Below, piece by piece: positions 24,770 to 36,788 of a DNA stretch of 64,000 nucleotides. The translations under genes were made by a program, and so were the position numbers. How positions within the stretch are numbered: the stretch's first letter is position 1; each line of letters starts with the position of its first letter. The notes under the pieces were generated by a model, which saw nothing but the letters and a program-made list of their open reading frames with translations, did no database searches and was not told where the DNA came from. This DNA is from Gracilinanus agilis (Eukaryota), in NCBI RefSeq assembly GCF_016433145.1, contig NC_058133.1, positions 123,493,208-123,557,207 of the forward strand, in the 5' to 3' direction.

Positions 24770-25180
24770 TTTTAAGCAGCTAGTATGTGACAGGCATTAT
24801 TCTAAGTGCCTTACAAATATTATTTCATTTGATCCTCACAATAACCATAAGAGGTAGTGAGTGCTATTATTATCTTCATTTCACAACTAAGTAAATTAAG
24901 GAAGACAGTCGAGTGACTGGGTTAAGTGGCTTGCCCCAAGGTTTTCAGTCATTTTTCAGTTGTGTCTGATTCTGTGACCCTATTTGGAATTTTCTTGACA
25001 AAGCTATTGCAGCAGTTGGACATTTCCTTCTCCAGCTCATTTTACAGATGAAAAAACTGAGGCAAATAGTGTTAAGTGACTTGCCCATGGTCACACAAAG
25101 TGTCTGATGCCAGAATTGAACTCAGGTCTTCCTGAATTCAGACCCAGCATTCTCTCCCTGGTGCCACATAGGTGCCTAGG
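24770..25180 (-). mobile_element. Nested CORE-SINEs (MAR1-like inside an older MIR-type SINE)
   Basis: The ttaagtg(a/g)cttgccc CORE segment occurs twice, with a MAR1-like reverse tail between the two copies. Confidence 0.6.
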
Positions 25181-25762
25181 CTGAGGATGAAAGGACAAAA
25201 ATGAAACCCTCTCTGCCCTCAAGTAATTTATACTCTACTAGGGGGTTATCAATTATTTAATAACTTTGATACAACTCAGTCTTCTTTTCTCTAAGTGAAA
25301 TAAGCCTTTAGTCTCTCCTTCTAGATCCAACCGTCTTAAATATTCTTATTTCACATTCCTAATAAGGAGAACAATGTACTCAATGAAATGACTCTAAAAG
25401 GGAAATCTGGCAACTTCATAAAAAAGCATTAGAGGTTATTTCCCACAGACTATTCAAAGAACATTTGAATAGAGACTATGCCAAGCAGTAAAATATAGCT
25501 TGTTTCTAACTTGGGTTTTCCTAGAGAAAGTCCTTTGTCAAGTATTTGATCAATTACATATTTTAAAGCATTACCCAGAGGAGTAAGGTGGGGGAACAGT
25601 CACAGACTACAGCCCAAAGCAAACACAGTAAACATTAATTATGTGATGTTTGCAAGATACTGTAAAGATGAAAAATGCTATAATTTTCACTCTATTCTTA
25701 TTTAAGTGAATTCAGCATTTATTCACACCTTCCTGGAGCTTTACAAGACTGTACCTGTTTAC

Positions 25763-25826
25763 CTGTTTGGAAGTGCCACTTGGTATAATCGAAAATCTTG
25801 CATTCTTCCAATAAATTGCTCAGAAC
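25763..25826 (-). CDS. USH2A: Usherin coding exon (exon 5 equivalent): (G)SEQFIGRMQDFRLYQVALPN(R)
   Basis: Acceptor ttctgcag| and donor CAG|gtaaac. Length 64 nt, phase 1 to 2, in frame with both neighbours. Matches recalled EQFVGRMQDFRLYQVAL motif. Confidence 0.96.
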
Positions 25827-26059
25827 CTGCAGAAATACATATATTACAGATTATTTCATTCTAGCATAGCAAGAAGGGGGTGGGTCAAATTGAAATATAT
25901 TTAGAGAGATAGTAATGAATCATAGTCATTATATATCTTCCATTTCACTGTGTCCTGATTCTTATAGACCAAAACATTCTAATATCTATCATTGAATGGT
26001 CTAATCTGGGACTTCCTTGCAAAGATATTAATGAGCACTTCTATAAATAATAAAGTTTT

Positions 26060-26244
26060 TTAAAACCCTTAACTTCTGCTTATTGGCTTTGGCTCATAGG
26101 TGGAAGAGTGATAAGGGTGGGCAATGGGGGTCAAGTGACTTGCCTAGGGTCACACAGCTGGGAAGTGTCTGAGGCCAGATTTGAACCTAGGACCTCCCGT
26201 CTCTAGGACTGGCTCTCAATCCACTGAGCTATCCAGTTGCCCCC
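26060..26244 (-). mobile_element. SINE1_Mdo-like CORE-SINE, short-tail variant
   Basis: Perfect 16-bp TSD taaataataaagtttt at 26044-26059 and 26245-26260. About 230 nt from the exon 5 acceptor. Confidence 0.9.
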
Positions 26245-26864
26245 TAAATAATAAAGTTTTAAAGTCCCCTTGCTAAGCTATTTACTGATATATGACAGTT
26301 ATTGGATTTAAAACTAGGAGGATTCTTGGATATTATCCTTTGACAGTTGAAAAAGTAAGGAAATTACTCACCTAAGTTCACTCAAAATGTGACATGGTCT
26401 ATGTCCAAAGATACTCATGAAGGCAAACAAGGAATAACAACAACAACAAAAAAAAAACAACTTTGAAAAACTGTTAGTCTTCATTTTTATTTCATTCATT
26501 CTCTACTCTAAGAGCATTTGTTATTTCCAAAAATTTTTCGGCCCAATTCAATTGATCTAGGTGAGTCCCTGTGAAATTATTTAAAAGAGTAGTTGGGATA
26601 GACCAACAAGTGATAGTGATTATAGTTCAATAGCCTGCAATATCCATAGCTAAAACTCCTGCTACAATTTCAAGAGTATTAATTTTAGGAGTTGTATGGG
26701 AAACGGTCAGATATCAGTCTAACTCGTGTAAAATTGGAACAAAACGAAAAGAACTGGGAATTCCTGAGGAGGCCAAAACAAGGCAGGCAAAGGCCCTCAC
26801 TTTAGGAGAAGAGGAAAAACTATAGAATGGGAAGAGAAAGAAAGGTTGGAGGAGTAGGGAAGGA

Positions 26865-26932
26865 GAAGAGAGGAGAGGAGAGGAGAGGAGAGGAGAGGAG
26901 AGGAGAGGAGAAGAGAGGAGAGGAGAGGAAAA
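26865..26932. repeat. (AGAGG)n pentanucleotide repeat running into an assembly gap
   Basis: Read directly from the sequence. Purine-rich sequence continues after the gap to about 27600. Confidence 0.95.
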
Positions 26933-27334
26933 NNNNNNNNNNNNNNNNNNNNNNNNNNNNNNNNNNNNNNNNNNNNNNNNNNNNNNNNNNNNNNNNNNNN
27001 NNNNNNNNNNNNNNNNNNNNNNNNNNNNNNNNNNNNNNNNNNNNNNNNNNNNNNNNNNNNNNNNNNNNNNNNNNNNNNNNNNNNNNNNNNNNNNNNNNNN
27101 NNNNNNNNNNNNNNNNNNNNNNNNNNNNNNNNNNNNNNNNNNNNNNNNNNNNNNNNNNNNNNNNNNNNNNNNNNNNNNNNNNNNNNNNNNNNNNNNNNNN
27201 NNNNNNNNNNNNNNNNNNNNNNNNNNNNNNNNNNNNNNNNNNNNNNNNNNNNNNNNNNNNNNNNNNNNNNNNNNNNNNNNNNNNNNNNNNNNNNNNNNNN
27301 NNNNNNNNNNNNNNNNNNNNNNNNNNNNNNNNNN
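26933..27334. other. Assembly gap (about 400 N)
   Basis: N run. Confidence 1.
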
Positions 27335-30300
27335 GAGAGAGGGAGAGGAGAAAGTGAGAGATAATGGGAAGTGGGAAGGAAATGGGAAAGAAGAGAAGAG
27401 AAAGTAAGGAGGAAAGAGCAAAGATAGAGGGGAAAGAGAAAGAAAAGAAGGGAGGGGAGAGGGAGAGAAAGAGAAGAATAAAGACAGAGGCAGAGATAGA
27501 AACATAAACAGAGGGAGAGGAGCTAGAAACACAGAGAGACAGAGAGAGACACACAGAGAGAGACAAAAAGAGACACAGAGAGGCAAAGAGAAGAGACACA
27601 CAGAGAGAATTGGATTAAGGTCATAATCAGGGAATTGAAGAAGCTGAAAAATGGAAGAAAAGAAGGCAACAGCCTCTAGCAGCCCAAATAAGGGCACCAA
27701 TCTCTCTCCCACCCTGAGGTTGCCTATAAGCAGCATGTAAAAGCAGAAAAAAAGATAACCTTTGTGTGCTAGTGTTTAGGCTGGCCTGTCCTACTGCAGT
27801 TTAAGAGCTTTGTGTGTTGGTAAGAGAAAGAATAAGAGAGGCATGTGAGACTTTGTTGTGGGAAAGCAGTTGGGCTCTGGGACTTCACATTCCTTGATGG
27901 TTTATCCTGAATATAAATCTATGTTTTTGTTCTATGTTTTATATACTGATGAGGAACTTTGGCATTGCAGACTATGGTAAGCTGCCTGAAGTATTTAGAT
28001 ACAAAGTACAATGAAGGACAGAGCAGAGATGACTACCACAAGGACAGTGATAACTATATCATTGATAGTCCTTTTGATCCCTTCTCTATTCGTGTGTCAT
28101 TCATTAAGTGTTCAGCATTTATATACAACATAAACTTTACTCAACACTATCCTAGGCACTGGAGTAGATAAAAAAAATTCTGTTTTCCCTTAGGCATATC
28201 TATGTCAGCACTCACAGGGTCTTCCCATTCAGTGGTTATAGGGTTCTAATGAAGGGAGAGAAATAAAGCAAATCCTGTTTTGATGGCAAAAAGTGAATAG
28301 TCTTTGGTTTACCAAGATTTTATTTTTCAGCCTAGAATCTCAAAACAAAAGACCAAAGGACCCTAAAACAAATCATCAAAGTGCAATGAGAAAGTTCATG
28401 GCTCTAGACCTTCCCCAAAACATATTTAAGTCAGAAAAAAATGAACATTTCAAAGTCAAAGCTACCAATATGAACATCTGAAAGATCCATTTGTAATTCC
28501 TTTAATGAAGATACTCTGCCCTTAAAAGAAATTGCATTATAGAGTTGGAGACAATAGTGAATAGAACCTTAGAGCCAGAGGCAGGAAGATCCTTTAAAAG
28601 CTCTGTTATTTTGTCAGTTACTAGATTTTAACCCTCAGTTTCCTCATCTCCAAAATGGAGACACTAGTAATTACACTACTTATTTCCCAAGGTCATTGTT
28701 CAAACTACAAAAACTATTTTAAAGAAGGTTATTATTACCAGTAAGAGCAAAGGAAACCTGGATTATAATATATGATTGTTGATGTTTTGAATAATCAAAA
28801 TATGAAACAGAGTAAAGCAAAAATGACAAGAAGAGTTATTTTGTAAAAGCCTGTGTCAATGCTAAAGTATACCACCTATGATCCATGACTTTAAATTTTT
28901 AATGGAGTCACTTAAAAACATCTAGTAGAGGGATTAGCACCCAGACCTTACCTTTATTGATCATAAAATAGAAACTGTTATAAATGAAAATGCTAGAATC
29001 CATTCCCAACAAAAGTAGAAATTTACCTAAATCATAGATTATTAGAACTAGAAAGGACCTCAGAGGTCATCTAATCCAAGTCCCTCATTTTTCAGTTAAG
29101 GTCAGGAAATTATGATTTAGAAAGCCAAAGTCACCTGAACAAAGTCACACAGCTAGTAGCTGGCAAAACCAGACCTTCTAGGTCTACCAATTATCACTCT
29201 AGTGTTCTTTTAACTACACTATAATATCATTGAACTCCATATCTTAAAATTTAACAAATCAGGCCAGAGAGATTCCTCTAAAGTCCTTGATAAACTGTGA
29301 ATCATCTACTTAAACAGCCAAGAATTTTATTTTTGTAAGTGAGCTATAAAAAACCTCCAAGGACATGGACATAAAGACGGACTTTACTCAACCTTATCCT
29401 GGCTGCCAATTTTAATTTGAATCAACAAGTGTTCATTGGGACAAATATTCTAAGGAGATACTTTCTTGAAAAATGTGCCTATGGCAAAGATAGCCCTAAA
29501 TGATATAAACCAAGTAATGAACAGACATGACTCATATCAGCAGAAAATCATTACTGACCATCCCCAGACTAAGCAATGAACTGAGGGAAGTAGAACAACA
29601 TTGTAACCAGATGCCACACCATTGCTCAATGGGAAAACTCTGATTAAACAACCTAAGATATTAATCAGAATGAAAACTGATTTGGAAAAGAATCATTATT
29701 TCATAGAAAGTAGATAAACTGAGTGGTATGATAAGCCATATGAAGAATGAACTGGGAACATTTACTTGGTTAAAGGACAAAATTTATGTAGTATTTTAAA
29801 ATCATGTAGGATTAATGTAGGATTTTAAAATAAGTGTTTAGAGAAGATTAAAGATTTTGTTCCTAAAACCAAGACAATTGTTAAGTCATTTTACTAACTA
29901 TCCATCAGTTCCTCAAAATTGTGGGAAGGTATCTGCATTTACTGTGGTCTACTGACACCCTATAAAGAATTATTCTGACCCAAAATATGAAAGAGCAATA
30001 ACATCCCTACACTTGACTTTTATGAACACCATTTTTTTTTCAATCATTTCTCAATATGTCAACTAAATTCAGCCCAGTCAATTCTCAATCAAGGTAAGCT
30101 GAGAGGGGGAAAGTATGTCCCTATTCTCAACAGAATAACAAGCTAGTTGGGGGAGGTAAGATTTATATTCATAGACAAATTAAAACAATAAAAGATAATC
30201 AAGTGTCCTCTACACTGTATCAAAAATGAAAGGAGAGAGTTGCCAATGGAAGTTTCAGGAAATGAAACAGGCTAGAGTTTAAAGGAGGACTCTTTCACAA

Positions 30301-31254
30301 AGGAAAGAAAAAAGGGAAGAAGAGATGTGTTTGAGGGTTAATTCATCTATAATAACTTTGATTCTATATTCTATCCTCTTCTAATTTCTCACGTCTTTAC
30401 TTTATGAACTAACTCTCTTCTTTTTGGCTTCTTCAATCTTTTGCCCTACAATCTCATTTCTCTATGAACATGTCTAAATCTCCCTAAGCTAAAAAACAGT
30501 TTCTCAACCCAGCTACTCCATTAAGGTACCATATAGACTCTAGACACACATATGTAGATATTTCTACCTATCTCTTTCCTTTCTTTCAGCTAAAAATTTC
30601 TCAGCATGGTTCATAATCTTGACCTCTATTTACTGATAAGAGAATCATAACGGAAAGCTACAGAGGGCTTTAAAAGTTATCTAGTCCAAACACTACATTT
30701 TACAAATGAGGAAACTGGGGCTCAAGAGAGGTTGAGTGAATTGGCCAAGATTGTACAAGTAGTAAGTGGCAAAATCAAGTGTTCTTTCCAGGTGCCCCAT
30801 GGGGTACCTTTACCCTTGCAATATGAATTCTTCCACAGCTACTCTATTGAAATTGCTAATTTAAAAGCCAACAGGATTTCTCAGTCTTTTTCCCTCCCTG
30901 ACCCTTTCTTAGTTCTCTTCTGCCTTAATCTATTTGTAATATCTGACTTCAGTAAGCCCTCCTTCCTTCTTAAAATCTTTCTGACCTTTGCTACCAAAGC
31001 ACTCCACATTTTAAGAAGGATGCAGTAGAGTGAGAAGCCTGGTGTCAGGAAGATGAGTTCAAATCTTGCCTCAGATACTCAGATACCCTGGGCAAGTCAC
31101 TTTACCTTGTTTGCCTCTGTTTCTTCATCTTAAAATGAACTGGAGAAGGAATAAGCAAACCACTGCAGTATATTTACAAAGAAATCCCCAAATGGAGTCA
31201 CAAAGAGTCAGAAATCACTGAAATAATTGAACAACAAAACTGATGACAACTAGA

Positions 31255-31670
31255 ACTCTAAAAGGTCTTGTGATCATAACAGATGAGGACTGGTCAAAGG
31301 AGCTTGAGAATTTTAGAATAAAGAAGACAAGTCTTTAAAGGAATGATAAAAGCTGTCTTTCAAAAGCTGTCTTATAGAAGTAGAAAAAAGATTAGGATTC
31401 CCACAAAATGTTTTGAATAAACAAAATATCAAATGGAACAAAGCATTTTGCTCATAGCAAGGGTTTAATATTCATTGACTAACTAATTGATGTCCTTCTT
31501 GGCTTCAGAAGGCAGAATTTAAAACAATGGATAGAAATTCCAAAAAGGCAGATTTTGACTTAAAGGAAAACTTCTTGGTAGTTAGAGCAATCCAAAAGTA
31601 GAGTGGACTACCTGGAAGAATAGTGGGTTCCCCTCCACAAGGTTGTAAGCAAAGACCAAGTACTTCCTTT
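31255..31670 (+). mobile_element. CR1/L3 3' fragment
   Basis: aggcagattttgacttaaaggaaaacttc...ttagagcaatccaaaagtagagtggactacc. Confidence 0.6.
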
Positions 31671-32039
31671 CTCTCTGAATATATTTAGGCTGTTTCCTTC
31701 TCTAGTTGCTATTCTTCTCCTCCATTCCCTCCTCATACCAACACCACCACCACAACCCTTATAGTCTCCTATCGTTTCAATTAAAATGTTTCCCAAAGTT
31801 CTATGCTAAGCCTTCTTCTTACCTCTATGCTCTTTCCCTATATGATTCCATTCATTCCTATAGCTTCTACTATTAATTCTATGAAAAATACTTCTAAATT
31901 TATTTCTAGCCCTATCCTCTCCCACTTCCTCCCAAAGAGTTCCAACTGCCTGCTTGTTATCTCCCTCTGGATGCCTTAAACTAAAAATTCCCTTCTTTGT
32001 AACCTTTCAAAGTCAAAATCATGACTTTCTTTTCTCACT

Positions 32040-32390
32040 CTGAGGCAGGATATGATAGCCATATTTGAGCAGTTGAAGGGATGTGAAATGGGAAAAGGAT
32101 TAGACTAATTGTGCTTGTCTGAGAGGGGCAGATCGAGGATCGAATGTGGCAGTTTTGTCAGTTTTGTCATGATGGCCAAAAACATGAACTCTACCCCCTA
32201 AAAATTGAAGTTTTCCAAAACTGGAATGAGCCACCTGAAGACATAATATATTGGACCAAACTAAAGGTCCTAAAACAGAAGCTGCATAAACATTTACTGG
32301 CTATGTTGCCTTGAGGACTCCTCTCGAGTATGGGTTGGAGTAAAATAGTTGCTGAGGTTCTTTCCAATTCAAAATTTTGTGACTCTACCT
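32040..32390 (+). mobile_element. CR1/L3 3' fragment
   Basis: gatatgatagccatatttgagcagttgaaggg...gaggttctttccaattcaaaattttgtga. Confidence 0.6.
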
Positions 32391-32689
32391 GGAGTATTAA
32401 TTAGCTTCTTAACTTCCCTATCTGCTTCCATTCTCTTCCTTCTTCAATTAGTCATACATAGAGGCACCAGATTAATCTTAGTAAAGTTCTGATCATATTA
32501 CTTCCAACTTGAAGTAGATCTCCATTGCATTTTAAATGAATTCCAAACTCCTTAGCCTGACAGTGCATTCTATGATTTGTCCATAATCAATTTTCCATAA
32601 AAAATTTTAATTCCTGCTGTGTGACCTGCAATATTCCAGACCAAAATAGACAACTCATCATCCTCTAAACATGCCTAATACCTTCTCAG

Positions 32690-32880
32690 GCAGCTAGGTG
32701 GTGCAGTGGATAGAGAACCAAACCTGGTAGCAGAAAGACCAGAGTTCAAATGGAGCCTCAGAGATACTTACTAGCTGTATGACTCCAGGCAAGTCCCTTA
32801 TCCCGATTTGCCTCTATTTCCTCATTTGTAAAATGAGCTGGAGAAGGAAATGGCGAACCATTCTGGTATATTTGCTAAGT
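32690..32880 (+). mobile_element. MAR1-like CORE-SINE
   Basis: ggcagctaggtggtgcagtggatag head and gctggagaaggaaatggcgaacc tail. Confidence 0.8.
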
Positions 32881-32899
32881 CAACAAGTTGTATTTTATA

Positions 32900-33580
32900 C
32901 TAGAGTTAGTTAATAATCATTTACTGAGCACTTACTATGAAGCACTATGCTAATTAAACTTTAGGGATACAAAGAAAAGTAAAAAACAGTCCCTGGCTTT
33001 CAGGAGTTTTCCATCTAAAAGGGAGACAACAAATTAACAAATATGTACTAATAAGCTACATACAGATTAAAAAATAAGACAGGTAAGGAACTAGAATTAA
33101 GAAAAGATAAGAAAGGCTGCTTATAAGAGATGGGATTTAAATTGGGACTTAAAGGAAGCCAGGGAAAGCAGAGATGAGGAGCAAATGCATTCCAAGATTG
33201 GAAAAAAATGCTTAGATTCAAGAGATAGCATTGTGTTCATGGAACAGCAAAAAGACCGATCAGTGTCATCAGATCAAAGAGTATTGGAGAGACAGTGAAG
33301 TGTAAAAAAAAACTAGAAAGGTGAGAAGTGGAAAGACTAGTTTATAGAGTTTTTAACGCCAAAACAGAAGATTTTGTATTTGATCTTGGAAGCAATAGGG
33401 AATCAGGAATTTATTGAATGGAGATGACCTGATCAGTTCTCAACCTTAGGAAGCCACTCAAGGCCCTTGAGAAGGGAAGTAACATGATTATACCTATGCT
33501 TTAGGAAGCTTATTTTGGTAACTGTGCAGACTTGGTAGATTAAAGAAAAGAGCCTAAAAACAGGTGGAATAATTAAGAGG
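32900..33580 (-). mobile_element. L2 LINE fragment
   Basis: atttactgagcacttactatg tail followed by purine-rich antisense L2 body. Confidence 0.7.
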
Positions 33581-33602
33581 CTATTACACTTTCACGTGAA
33601 AG

Positions 33603-34075
33603 GCAGTTGTTCCTCATTTTGAAAGAGGACTTTTCACAGGGTAATCTCTTGACTTGTATGAGAACTGGATTTGTGAGAGAATTGCACAAAGTCATCAGCC
33701 TCACTCTGTCTTTCAGAGCCATCAGAGTTCAGTGATAAGAAAAAAGTCAAGATGACTGGCTATGGCCCAGAATTCAGTGGATGTCTTTGGCATCTTCAAT
33801 GCCTGACCAAGCTCTAAATGTTCCACAGCTCCTGCTTCAGCTGCCTTCATGGCTGTTGGAAGAAATTGTTCTCATCCAACTATTGCACAAAGATGTCTTC
33901 ACATGCTTGGGTGTAAACATCCCCCTTACTCAGCAACAGGTTTGAGATCTTTAGCTTATCCTCAACCTAGTTTAGCCTGTCTTCTGAGACAGTTTTACTT
34001 GTGTATGGCTACTACATTTGCTTCTTGGAACCACAAGTGAGTGTTAAGTGAAAGTTGCAATCCACTTTTGGTAGT
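33603..34075 (-). mobile_element. Marsupial RTE-associated non-autonomous element (WALLSI/RTESINE-like)
   Basis: Close resemblance to a recalled marsupial repeat (gaaagaggac...caaagtcatcagcctcactc...cctgcttcagctgccttcatgg). The exact family name is uncertain. Confidence 0.55.
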
Positions 34076-34189
34076 TACCAAAAGTGGATTGCAACTCTAA
34101 AATAAGCTCAGCAAGTCCTTATACCAGAGGTGCTACTCTTCTGGGGCTGAACTCAGGTGATGGCTGTAAGAGTCTAGGAACAGAGTCAG

Positions 34190-35060
34190 ACACAAGAGCT
34201 ACGATAGACATAAATTGAAAAGAAGACAAAAAGATCAGATAAGAAAAAGGAAAAGTGAATAAAGAATCAAAGATGACCTTAAGGTGATCATCTTGGGCAA
34301 GTGAAATAATCATGGTATTCTCAACAGAAAAAAAAAAATGAGTTTGAAGAAAAAAATATCTTTGTGGGAAGATGAGTTGTTTTAGAAATCTCATTTGAGA
34401 TGCCTATGAGACATTCAAGTGGAAATGTCTAGGACACAGTGATGTTGAAGTAGATCTCAAAAGAAACTGGGGCTAGATATATAGATTTGATCTCCAATCA
34501 ACTATCAAATTTTGTCCTTTCTACCTCTACAACTCTTGTTTATCCCATTTCTGTCCTTCACAAAGCTACCGCCCATGTTCAGAAATTTATCACCTTTGTC
34601 ATGGGCTATTGAAAAACCCTTTTAATTTTTCTCCCTACCTCAAATTTCTTCCCACTCTCCTCTGGTGACCATGTTTTTTTATAAAGTTCAGCTCTTACCA
34701 TATTACTCCCTCCTCAAACTTCAATGATGTCCTATTGACCTCTGTTATACATTTAAAGTCCTTCCAATATGATTCCATTCTACTTTTCCAGCCTTCTCAT
34801 CTATTCTACTTCTTTGTATACACTATAACTCAGTAAAACTGGCCTTCTTACTGTTTCATAAGAAACACAGAATTCCATTCGATTTCTCCATGATTTTGTA
34901 CTCCAAGCTCAAGTCCACATCTCAAAATCTCTCGATTCCTGCAAGGTCCAGATTAAGCATCATCTTCTAAATTGCAGCCTTTCCTAATCTCCATACCCTT
35001 TCCCTTCTTCTCCAGCTGACAGTGCCTTCCCTCCCAAATAACCTTATATAATATCTATTT
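34190..35060. mobile_element. Two L2 fragments in opposite orientation (antisense about 34190-34485, sense about 34490-35060)
   Basis: Switch from purine-rich to pyrimidine-rich L2 motifs at about 34490. Confidence 0.55.
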
Positions 35061-35339
35061 TGTATATTTGTATGTAGGCATATATGTGTGCATACACACA
35101 CACATATACTCATATAAAATTTTCTACACAAATATAGCGAAGATTAACAAAACAAAGCTGAATTCACCTAACAATGGTTGCATGAAGTTGCAATGAAATA
35201 TAAATTGTCTTCTTTTGGGGGGGGCGGAGTTTAATTGTCAGAGAAGGCTGTATGAAAACTACAGCAGCAACAACAACAACAAATCTTTGTTCTTGCTCAT
35301 TTCAATAATAGCATCTCTCAGGTATTAAAAACTGTCTAA

Positions 35340-35850
35340 GAATGCACATGTGGAAATCCCAGCCCTAATCAAGCCCAGTTCCAGAAACTGGGAACTGAAG
35401 TGAGGGGTCTACCTCATGCCACGGCACAGTGGCTTTCCAGATAGAAAGGGAGGACACATCCTGATCAGAAGGGTGGGAGGAACTGGCCATAGGCCATCAT
35501 CTGAGCTACCTCTGTGTGAGGCAGTGTAAGCATCGAGGCAAAGACAGCCGGTCCTGCATTGCATGAGAGCTCCCTTAATTCAGCTCACAGTGATCTCTCT
35601 TGCACAATTACCTCTCCTGAATGAAACCATCTTGGATATGGACAAAAGTATGGAGAACAGTGACTTAATTTTTTGATAAAAAAAAAAAAAAGAATGATTT
35701 ATAATAAGTCCATAGGAACATTCTGTACCTATCTCTTTTCTGATTAGAGAGGTGGCAAGGAGCCTGGCTCATTAAGCAGAAGTAATGAGCCAGTCCGTGT
35801 GCCACCTCTAATTAGAGAAAAGATACAGTAGGTACAACTGTACCTATAAA
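35340..35850. promoter_or_regulatory. Candidate intronic enhancer (homeodomain-site cluster) in intron 4
   Basis: No repeat recognised. Contains CTAATC (35365), TGATTAG (35741), inverted CTGGCTCATTA/TAATGAGCCAG (35764-35793) and palindromic CTCTAATTAGAG (35806-35817). Function is inferred only. Confidence 0.35.
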
Positions 35851-36593
35851 TTGATACAATAAAGATTAAAAGTATTTTAAAATATTTTTTCTACTATAGT
35901 CATTAGTGACCCAGTATTTAAAATGAAAAAGTCTAAAAATAAAAATAAAAACTTTCCAAAGAAGTATTTTGCAACAAGGAATCAAGATTAAATTTTCCTT
36001 GATTCAGTTTAAGAAAAAAAACAACAACAAAAACCCCTCATATTAAAGTCCATATTTCCTGTATTGAAGAGCCAGTTCACCATTTAGTATATTGAAAGGA
36101 TTAAGACTAAGTCATCCCAAGCAGCATAGAATAGACAAATCATATTACCCAACCATCAAAAGTTTGAGGGGGGAGCACTTTGGTGCACTATAAACCTTTA
36201 AAGTACTACTAGTGGAAACTAAATTTAGAAAAGCCTCACATGATTTAATTTGTTATTGTGGCACTAGGGTCTCTCTTTATGGGCTTGGGGTGGGGAAAGG
36301 AAGGGAAACCATGATCACATCAACTCTGCCATTGTTCCTGGAAGGGGTGTGTCAATCTAATCCTCTATAGCCCAACTCACCATCCTCTTACAATTCCACC
36401 CCACCTCCCTGGCTCAATTATGTGTTTTGTCTCCTCATATTAGCTCCTTGAGAGCAGGGATTTTATTTGCTTTTTTATTTATCTGTACCCACAGTACCTA
36501 GCATAGTGCTTTGGTCATTATGTATTTAATAAATGGTTTTTTTTATCCATTCATTCAGAATATGCTGATTAAATGGGCTATATGCAACATTGG

Positions 36594-36788
36594 GTTTTTT
36601 TTAACCCTTACTTTCCATCTTAGAATCAATATTATGTATTGGATCCAAGGCAGAAGAGCTGTAAGGGCTAGGCAATGGGAGCTAAGCAACTCACCCAGGG
36701 TGATGCAGCTAGGAAGTATCTGAGGTCAAATTTGAACCCAGGACCTCCCATCTCCATCTCTCAATCCACTGAGTCACCTAGCTGCCCC
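36594..36788 (-). mobile_element. SINE1-like CORE-SINE
   Basis: Starts aacccttactttccatcttagaatcaat and ends ctagctgcccc. Confidence 0.8.

Noticed and set aside
26714-27736. Longest ORFs (340, 259 and 176 aa)
   Set aside because: They are made of AG-rich simple repeats and an N gap, so they are not genes.
29330-30000. Possible LINE or unique conserved block
   Set aside because: Only a vague resemblance to LINE motifs, so it could not be assigned without a search.
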